A stretch of 64,000 nt of DNA from Pirellulaceae bacterium (GTDB lineage Bacteria > Planctomycetota > Planctomycetia > Pirellulales > Pirellulaceae), in contig CAWHXH010000006.1 of the NCBI GenBank assembly GCA_963833245.1, positions 183,693 to 247,692 of the forward strand. Direction: 5' to 3'. Positions 57,590-64,000 of the stretch are shown here, in pieces; position 1 is the stretch's first letter; the number at the start of each line of letters is the position of its first letter. The notes beneath the pieces were generated by a model, which saw only the letters and a program-made list of their open reading frames with translations, searched no databases and had not been told where the DNA came from. Made by a program: the position numbers and the translations under genes.

Positions 57590-57835
57590 CCGGGTCGCAA
57601 TTTGCCGGCGGAGCACCGCGAGCCGTCCGGTTGCCGCCAACCTCCTAGCGGAGCGGCGCGAGCCGCCCGGTGACGCCACCGGCGGGTTTGCACCGTTCCA
57701 ACTCGACCTCTTAACGGAACCGGAGGGCTGGTGCCCTACCGCTAAAAACGAGGTGGCACCGGAGCACTAGCGCCCTGCCGCTAAAAACGAGGTGGCACCG
57801 GCGGGCTGGCGCCCTACCGCTGGGATTGCCGGCGG
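57590..57835. repeat. REP/BIME-like cluster, family B variants
   Basis: Multiple (T)AGCGG...CCGG(T)G units in both orientations. Confidence 0.7.
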
Positions 57836-58652
57836 CTGCGGCGACGTCGGACCCAACCAGCAAAGACCAAAGCACCCATCGTACCAACGCTCGACGGTTC
57901 CGGCACAGCCATGACCTCGATGGATTCAAAACGGGCAGGACCGGCCGAACCCGTCGTGTCCAACTGGACGGCTCCAATGTTTAACGAATCGTTGAGTGAC
58001 TGTGTCAGAGAAATCGAGGTCAATTCCACCAAATCGGTGACCTGCCCCATGATCGTTAGTGCCGTCGGATCGTATGTCAGGTCCAGGCGGTAATCGCGAT
58101 CGGTAATGAAAGGAGTGGCTGGAGCAGCGGAAAAAACATTGGCCGCGTCGGGTGTATTGGAGTCTCCGTCAAACCATTGCAACTGGAAACGCCCGGCGTT
58201 GACACCGTTGGTAATCAGACGAAGTGCGGCATGTTCTCCAGCGTTGTTGATGTTATTCAGCAACCCGGGCTGTACGACACCTGTTTGGGTAAAACCGATG
58301 AAAAGATTGTTTGCAAACCCCGTCCCGGCCAACGTGGAGCGACCGATCGCCGAAAGCTTAACGGGACCGCGGCCGATCAGGCCAACGTCGACCCCAACGC
58401 TGCCATTGACACCGTTATCGGAGGTCCGAATCCCACCGGCGTTATAGACCATTGGGCTAAATGGACCATTGGGCTAAATGGACCATTGGAATTCCGGTAG
58501 ACACCCCCGCCGAAAGCCGGCGAAGTGCCCGCAACCATAGCACCATCCACTCTCCCCGAAAAATCATCCGACAGAATGATGGCCGCCGAAGCGGATGGTC
58601 CGGGGATGCCGATCAGGAAGACAGCAGCCAACGTTTTGAGGAAATCGTTCAC
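57814..58652 (-). pseudogene. PEP-CTERM sorting-domain protein disrupted by a frameshifting 17-bp tandem duplication
   Basis: The N-terminal part (58377..58652) carries a signal peptide plus SASAAIILSDDFSG. The C-terminal part (57814..58452) ends VPEPSSVGTMGALVFAGWVRRRRSRR (PEP-CTERM). The two parts are in different frames. Deleting one copy of ACCATTGGGCTAAATGG (2.5 copies at 58447..58488) gives one continuous ORF (...NGPFSPMVYNAGGIRTSDNGVNG...). Confidence 0.6.
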
Positions 58653-58780
58653 GTACCGTGCCTTCGCATTGGGGGGGGATCGACACCGCACGCTAGCTGA
58701 ACGCGTCAACCCGGTCAAGTTCTTCGACGACTCACTCCGGGAGGGGAGTCGTGCTGCATTAACATCGTAGTTTGGATCGA

Positions 58781-58950
58781 CCGAAAGTCTTGGCGACTTC
58801 CGCTACGGACGGGCGAGGGTTAGCCGATTTTACCGGGCGACCGACTGCCGGCGGAGCGGCGCATGCCGCCCGGTTCCGGCACCGGAGGGCTTGCGCCCTA
58901 CCGCTAAGACTGGGGTGGCACCGGAGGGCTGACGCCCTGCCGCTTAGATA
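58781..58950. repeat. REP-like elements: one family-A copy (58781..58806) followed by family-B inverted pair (58850..58950)
   Basis: CCGAAAGTCTTGGCGACTTCCGCTAC, then GGCACCGGAGGGCTTGCGCCCTACCGCTAA / GGCACCGGAGGGCTGACGCCCTGCCGCTTA. Confidence 0.8.
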
Positions 58951-58953
58951 AAG

Positions 58954-60000
58954 TTATTGGGCGACCGACTGCGAGCCGCGGGGGCTGCCGGCGATCGGGG
59001 CGCCGTGGGGCATCGGGCGGGCGGCGGTGGCGAAGCCGCGGCGGTAAAGTTCCTCTTTTAACTTGCGGAATGGGTCGAAACTGTCAGGGTACACCCATAC
59101 GGTGATCGTTGTCGTTGCCGGGTCGCGGCCGGCCAGTTGAACGTCCAACAACCCGCCCCGCTGTGAGATCGCCTCGTCGATCGGCACGCCGGGCACGTCG
59201 CCGGTGGGCAAAAACTCGACCAAATCCACCTGCTGGGCCAACACCATCACCGAGCGGCCGTCCCGCTGCACCCGCGTCGGACCTGACAACACGACGTAGC
59301 GGGCGATGTAGCCGTCGATCGGACCGACCGCACGCTCGATCCGGCCCTCGCGACGCGACAGCCCGGCCTGAAAGTCCTCTTTGATCATCCCCATCAGCGG
59401 CTGCAGCGGCACGAGGGAAAGTTCGCCGCCGGTCAGCCGCAAATCGATCTCGTCGCCAAAGACGATCTTGGCCATCGGCGTGGGCAGGTGGGCAAGCGTC
59501 ACCGGGGCAGGCTGCTGCTTGGCCAACATCTCGCGATCGGATTGTAATTCGGTCAACCGGCCGCGCGCCGCGGCCAACCGAACGTTGAGCTTGGCGGCCG
59601 CGACGCGGTCGGCATCGAGCTGGCTTTGGACCTCGGCCCAAGCCTCCTGGACCAGAGCGACGACATCCATCAACCGGCCTCGGGCGGCGGCAATCGCCGC
59701 GATTCGTTGATCCGCCGCGATGATGCTTTGCTCCAAACGCATCGAGTCGGCCTGTGCCCTGGCGGCATCCGAGGCGACCGCGGCGAGCTGATCGGTTTGG
59801 GTTTTCGTCGCCGCAATGCTCACCGGTTCGGCCGGCATCGCCGGTAAGTCATCCTCCGGTACGACCCGCATCGCGGCGCCGGTTTGGGTGCCGACGACGA
59901 CGACCAGAATGATGAGGATTCCCACCAAGTTGGCGACGATGTCCAAGAACGAGTCGTAGCCCATCGAGAGGCCGGGGCGGTCTTTGGCTCGGATACTCAT
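58954..60000 (-). CDS. ExbD/TolR-like single-pass membrane protein with long coiled-coil and about 150-aa C-terminal periplasmic domain
   Basis: TM SFLDIVANLVGILIILVVVV has an Asp placed as in ExbD/TolR/MotB (compare PFIDVMLVLLIIFMV). The following about 110 aa are Ala/Gln/Arg-rich heptads. Confidence 0.5.
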   Translation of the reverse strand: MSIRAKDRPGLSMGYDSFLDIVANLVGILIILVVVVGTQTGAAMRVVPEDDLPAMPAEPVSIAATKTQTDQLAAVASDAARAQADSMRLEQSIIAADQRIAAIAAARGRLMDVVALVQEAWAEVQSQLDADRVAAAKLNVRLAAARGRLTELQSDREMLAKQQPAPVTLAHLPTPMAKIVFGDEIDLRLTGGELSLVPLQPLMGMIKEDFQAGLSRREGRIERAVGPIDGYIARYVVLSGPTRVQRDGRSVMVLAQQVDLVEFLPTGDVPGVPIDEAISQRGGLLDVQLAGRDPATTTITVWVYPDSFDPFRKLKEELYRRGFATAARPMPHGAPIAGSPRGSQSVAQ

Positions 60001-60032
60001 GGCTGCTGATTTGGGAGATACGTTGATCGCAA

Positions 60033-60058
60033 CCGAAAGTCTTGGTGACTTCCGCTAC
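60033..60058. repeat. REP-like element, family A, single inverted copy
   Basis: CCGAAAGTCTTGGTGACTTCCGCTAC. Confidence 0.8.
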
Positions 60059-60073
60059 GGGGTGGCAGACGAA

Positions 60074-61990
60074 TCATGGTCGGCGGAAGATTTCCACGCC
60101 GCTGCCGTTCATCAACCGTTCGAGTTGTTCAAAACGACCGTCGGCGTGCGGGGCGACGGTCACTTCCAGCCGCGGGACCCAGCGACCGCCGGGCAGCGTC
60201 GTGCCCCACGACTGGACGCGTTGCTGGATGCGGCCGGCGAGGTGCAAGGTCGCGTCGGCGATCGATTGGTTGGACAAATCAATCGTTTCAATCACCCTGC
60301 CGCCCTCGGTCAATTCCATTCGCTCGTTTCGGACCGTCAACCCGATCGGCCGAACGACTGCGGTACCGTTCATCCCGGCGAACTCACGTGGCAATGCCCA
60401 GCGGAGTTGCGACGGATCGACCCTTGGCGGCGGCGACGACGACTGGGGCGATGCCGCACCGCCGCCGGTCGGGGGCGGTCCGCCGGCCGGTGGTGACGCC
60501 GCGGCGGTCGCCGACGACTGAGTCCCACCCGGTTGGCCCCCGGCGGATGCCGATTGACCAGCGATCCGATCGTCCCCCGGCCGCTCCGGCAATGTCCCAT
60601 CGGCCCGTTTGGTCTGTTTCTCCTCGGATGTCTTCGCGGTCCCATCAGCACCCGATGACCCACCGGCCGATGAATCCGATCCGCCGCGATACTGATCGAC
60701 CAGATCGTCGATCGATCCCCCGCCGCCGGGCAATGGTGCCCCGCCCATTTGCGAAAACGTTGCCCCGCGAAACCCGTTGGTGACCGATTGACGGTCCAAA
60801 TTGGCGGCCGACAGGACCCGAGGTTGGGTCTGCCGCTCCGGCCGCTGCGAACCGCCTCGGTTTGTTCCACCGCGGCCGGCCAGTTGGTCGGCCGTCGAAC
60901 CGGCGTTGCCGTTGCCCGAACCGGACGATTGTCCTTGGGGCGTTTGACTGGACGTGGAGCCTTCGGGCAGACCGAAACCATCGGCTCCCCCGCTCCCAAC
61001 GGGACCGCCCTCTCCTGAACCGCCCCCGCCCCCGCCGCGGCCCCGGCCGATGGCGACCCGGGCGCCGACCCGTTCCAGCCGGTCCGAAGCGTCGGCGAGC
61101 ACCTCGGTCAACCGGCGGTGAAGCACCGGGTCGGCCGAACCGGTGGCCAATTCGACGTCATCACCCAGCAATTCATAGCCGAACTGATCGTCCCACTGGC
61201 TCATCGCCGCCCGCGTCGCGTTGTAAGTCGAGATCCCGCCGGGGCGGACGACCAGTAACGGGTAGGGTGGGGTCGAGTCGCCGGTCGTTTGAATCGTGTG
61301 CAACCGTGTGATCCGCAGCGCTTCGTCGATCGGGTTGGCACTGCGAAAGCCGTCGGCGGCGGCCAGGCGGAGTTCCTCCAGCGGCACGGCGATCCCTTCG
61401 GGCCACAGAATCGCCGCCTCAGCGGTGCATTCGATGTAGATCGGCCGGCGCGTTGTGCCGTTTCGACCGGCGTAAGGAACGATGACGACGCGATTGCGGT
61501 GGCGGCCGGGTTTGTCGCGCTCCTCGGCGATTTCGGCGGTCAACTCGGCAATCGACGCTTCGACGCGGCTGAGTTGCTCGGCCGCATCGACCGCCGGACT
61601 CTCCCCGCGGGAAAAGGCATCGATTTCGGCGGCCAAACGGTTTCGCTTTTCTTCCAAAGCGCGAAAGCTTTCCTCCAAGTGTGTTTGCATTTCCCGCCGC
61701 TTTTCCATCTCCGCTGTTTGCGCATCGCGGTGCGAGACGAGTTCGGTCAACCGGAAGGTCTCTTCGCCGATCAATGACTCGGCCGCCGCGCTGGTGAAAG
61801 CGGGTTCATCCACCGGCGGGGCAGCGTCGGGCGGCGGGGTCGCGCCGACGTCCGCGTTGCCGCCGCGGCCGGGGCGTGAGTCGGTCGCGACGATCGCCAA
61901 CAGCAGGATGAGCGTTCCCAACGTGCAAACGAGCACCGCCAGGAACGGCAGCAGCGTCGGTTGCAGCGGCGCCCTGGGGCGCCGGCTCAT
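60074..61990 (-). CDS. TolA/TonB-like architecture protein: N-terminal TM anchor, coiled-coil, central domain, long Gly/Ser/Pro-rich low-complexity linker, C-terminal about 100-aa domain
   Basis: 638-aa ORF. Its central domain (RNRVVIVPYAGRNGTTRRPIYIEC...) is weakly similar to the periplasmic domain of the downstream ExbD-like protein. ATG overlaps the stop of the MotA-like gene (ATGA). Confidence 0.45.
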   Translation of the reverse strand: MSRRPRAPLQPTLLPFLAVLVCTLGTLILLLAIVATDSRPGRGGNADVGATPPPDAAPPVDEPAFTSAAAESLIGEETFRLTELVSHRDAQTAEMEKRREMQTHLEESFRALEEKRNRLAAEIDAFSRGESPAVDAAEQLSRVEASIAELTAEIAEERDKPGRHRNRVVIVPYAGRNGTTRRPIYIECTAEAAILWPEGIAVPLEELRLAAADGFRSANPIDEALRITRLHTIQTTGDSTPPYPLLVVRPGGISTYNATRAAMSQWDDQFGYELLGDDVELATGSADPVLHRRLTEVLADASDRLERVGARVAIGRGRGGGGGGSGEGGPVGSGGADGFGLPEGSTSSQTPQGQSSGSGNGNAGSTADQLAGRGGTNRGGSQRPERQTQPRVLSAANLDRQSVTNGFRGATFSQMGGAPLPGGGGSIDDLVDQYRGGSDSSAGGSSGADGTAKTSEEKQTKRADGTLPERPGDDRIAGQSASAGGQPGGTQSSATAAASPPAGGPPPTGGGAASPQSSSPPPRVDPSQLRWALPREFAGMNGTAVVRPIGLTVRNERMELTEGGRVIETIDLSNQSIADATLHLAGRIQQRVQSWGTTLPGGRWVPRLEVTVAPHADGRFEQLERLMNGSGVEIFRRP

Positions 61991-63342
61991 GCGGCCGCCC
62001 GGCCGGCCATCGTCCGGCGAGACGACGCGGCGGTCGCCGCGGGCATCGCGGCGACCAGTTGATCGACCGCCCGGGCCAACGCCCGCATCGCTTCGGCACT
62101 GCTTTGCACCGACCGCAACTCGTCACCCTGTCGCGACGTCATCCGATCGGTCAATTGCGTCATCGCTTCGGTGTGCGTGATCATCGTCCGCCGGTGCCGG
62201 GTGACCTCCGCGACCACGCCGGTGATCTGACCGCCGACCGATTGGATCGCCGAGGCGGCTTCACCGATGGATTTAGCGGCAATTTGAGACGCATCCGAAC
62301 CGGCCGACGCGGCGGTCGCCAATTGCCGGGCATGGTTTTGGAGCGATGGAACCAAGACACCTTGAATCGCGGTTTGCAGCGTTTCGGCCGTTCGCGCCTG
62401 CTGCTGCGTCCACGCGTCACGGGCTTCGGCGACCGTTTCTTGCCATAGTGTCGCCTGCACCGCGATCGACTGCTGAACGGCCGCTTCGATGCCGGCGCAA
62501 AGTTGCCGGATCAATGCCGGGCCGTCGTCCGCGGGCGTCGCCGACGGTAAGTGCCGCAGCAACAACGCCGACGCTCGCGAATCGACCGATTCGGCGACGC
62601 CGGAGGCCAATCGGTCGACGGGCAGTTGCAGGAAAATGGCAACGACCGAGAGCACCAGACCCAGCGCGGTGGTATCGAAAGCAACGTACAGGCCGCTTTT
62701 GAGCTGCGTCACGGCCGCTTCGCCGTTGGAAAAGTCCAGCCCGCCGAGCGTTTGCGTGATCCCGATGACGGTGCCCAGGAAGCCGAGCATGGGGATCGCC
62801 CAAATGATGGTCCGAACCAGCGACCCCGAATCGTGATCGGCGTCGGCTTGCCGGTCGGCGGCCTCGCGGAGGTCGTCGCTCAAACCGGTCGCCGAGCCGC
62901 GATCGGCTTGACGCTGCAGGACCGCGGCAAGCCGCCGGCCCAGCGGTCCACGCTGCACCGCGGCGGGCAACTGCGACAACGAAGCCAACCAGGCGGTGGC
63001 GATCGCGGTGGCGTCATGGGTTTGGCCAAACCTTGCGGCCGGGGAAGCATCCGCTTCCGGCACGGGGATCAAATCGGCATCGTCGATCGCCAGCGTGCCG
63101 CGCTGACCGAGCAACATCGCGGCGCGGATCGCCAACACCGTCGCGGCGATGAAAAAGAGCGTCGTCGCGGCAACCGCGACCGGGTGGCCCAGGAAGTAGC
63201 GGTCCATCACCTCCCAATGGCCAATGGAAACGACCGCGTAAAAGCCGCCGGTCAGCAGCAGCCCGGCGGCGATGCCGATCGGACCGGTGAAGGACTGCAG
63301 CGCGGCGGTGATGGCCGCGGGGGAACGTTGGGGCATCGTCAT
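61987..63342 (-). CDS. MotA/TolQ/ExbB-family proton-channel protein with about 200-aa C-terminal coiled-coil tail
   Basis: TM3-TM4 signature LVRTIIWAIPMLGFLGTVIGITQTL...LKSGLYVAFDTTALGLVLSVVAIFLQL; four TM in total. The tail is extended relative to TolQ/ExbB. Confidence 0.65.
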   Translation of the reverse strand: MTMPQRSPAAITAALQSFTGPIGIAAGLLLTGGFYAVVSIGHWEVMDRYFLGHPVAVAATTLFFIAATVLAIRAAMLLGQRGTLAIDDADLIPVPEADASPAARFGQTHDATAIATAWLASLSQLPAAVQRGPLGRRLAAVLQRQADRGSATGLSDDLREAADRQADADHDSGSLVRTIIWAIPMLGFLGTVIGITQTLGGLDFSNGEAAVTQLKSGLYVAFDTTALGLVLSVVAIFLQLPVDRLASGVAESVDSRASALLLRHLPSATPADDGPALIRQLCAGIEAAVQQSIAVQATLWQETVAEARDAWTQQQARTAETLQTAIQGVLVPSLQNHARQLATAASAGSDASQIAAKSIGEAASAIQSVGGQITGVVAEVTRHRRTMITHTEAMTQLTDRMTSRQGDELRSVQSSAEAMRALARAVDQLVAAMPAATAASSRRTMAGRAAA

Positions 63343-63574
63343 CGGGGTCGCGGGGGGAGACGGACCAGTTGCCGGGTGGCACGCGTCCGCCCGGTCAAAG
63401 ATCCTGATCGGCCCGCACGACCGTTAAACTTGATGCAATCGAAACGTCGCGGCGTGCCGCCATGCCGCCGATCGATCGCCATCCCATCGCCACGTGCCGC
63501 GGAGCCGTCGGTCAACCATTACCCAAAGCCCGGCCGCGTCGGCTACCGCAATCCGAAGCCTACTTGCCGCCCCC

Positions 63575-63665
63575 ATTCTTAGCGGTCCGGCGCAAGCCGT
63601 CCGGTGCCGCCCCCATTCTTTCGAGTACAACGCCAGCCCTCCGGTCTCGCTGCACCGGACGGCTG
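63575..63665. repeat. REP/BIME-like inverted pair, family B
   Basis: TTAGCGGTCCGGCGCAAGCCGTCCGGTGCC ... CACCGGACGGCTGGCAGG. Confidence 0.65.
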
Positions 63666-63851
63666 GCAGGCTGTTGATTTAATGGCGATGGAGGTCAGTC
63701 AAGATCCGGGTCGGTGATGGATAGTCCGTTTGTCGTGCAATTTCGTCGTACACGAAAGCCGATTTGTCAAAACGTTTGGTCTGGGGATTGATCGGCGAGC
63801 GGACCGATCAATTCAATTTCTTTTTCTTCGGCCAGCGATAGGTTCCGGCCA

Positions 63852-63994
63852 GTGGTGTAGGCACGAATGCCGCGGACTTAAGCGGAGCGGCGAGCCACGA
63901 CGGTTGGAGTCTAGCCTTTAGGCGATTCTGCGGAGCACTGAATCGGCTAAAGCCTACACTCCAACGCTAAAGTCCGCGGCATTCGTGTAGGCAC
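63852..63994. repeat. nested inverted repeat, family E (GTGTAGGCACGAATGCCGCGGACTT ... AAGTCCGCGGCATTCGTGTAGGCAC, with inner GGTTGGAGTCTAGCC / GCCTACACTCCAAC arms)
   Basis: Outer 24-bp arms are separated by about 90 nt that themselves contain a second inverted pair. Reaches the window edge. Confidence 0.55.
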
Positions 63995-64000
63995 TGTCGG

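Noticed and set aside
57582-58093. Short ORFs (60-88 aa) over the family-B repeat cluster and the PEP-CTERM 3' end
   Set aside because: Translated repeats or antisense; no support.

Overview
This is a high-GC (about 65-68%) chromosomal window that looks like a planctomycete (Pirellulales-like) genome. The family mix points that way: a DUF1559 protein with a prepilin N-terminus, a PEP-CTERM protein, CRTAC1/ASPIC-UnbV proteins, a cadherin/dockerin giant surface protein, and ATGA/GTGA-overlapping operons. Roughly 45 protein-coding genes can be supported and no rRNA, tRNA or CRISPR could be supported. The main coding blocks are: (i) a five-gene, fully overlap-coupled operon on the minus strand (D-2-hydroxyacid dehydrogenase, SAM methyltransferase, FAD oxidoreductase, type III polyketide synthase, YrdC/Sua5-like protein), a putative alkylresorcinol/alkylpyrone-type biosynthetic cluster; (ii) a YqiJ/NfeD-like protein, a flotillin, and a 1,726-aa protein with a C-terminal AAA_5/MoxR-like ATPase, whose stop overlaps the start of an atpI-like gene followed by F-type ATP synthase genes atpB-E-F-H-A-G, with atpD/atpC absent; (iii) a divergent MotA/TolQ/ExbB-like three-gene module at the 3' end of the window; (iv) an smpB-ABC(ATPase/FtsX)-dnaG operon, accD, a crtI-like gene, nagB, a VKOR-DsbA fusion and other housekeeping genes. 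At least three REP/BIME-like palindromic repeat families sharing a (G)TAGCGG head litter the intergenic regions. They lie between ATP synthase genes, and two copies are read through in-frame inside the giant ATPase ORF. Two families share one hairpin scaffold with compensatory stem changes. Further observations include a PEP-CTERM gene broken by a 17-bp tandem duplication, a truncated CRTAC1 paralog, a five-copy 71-nt tandem array, and long palindromes placed like terminators or regulatory structures.
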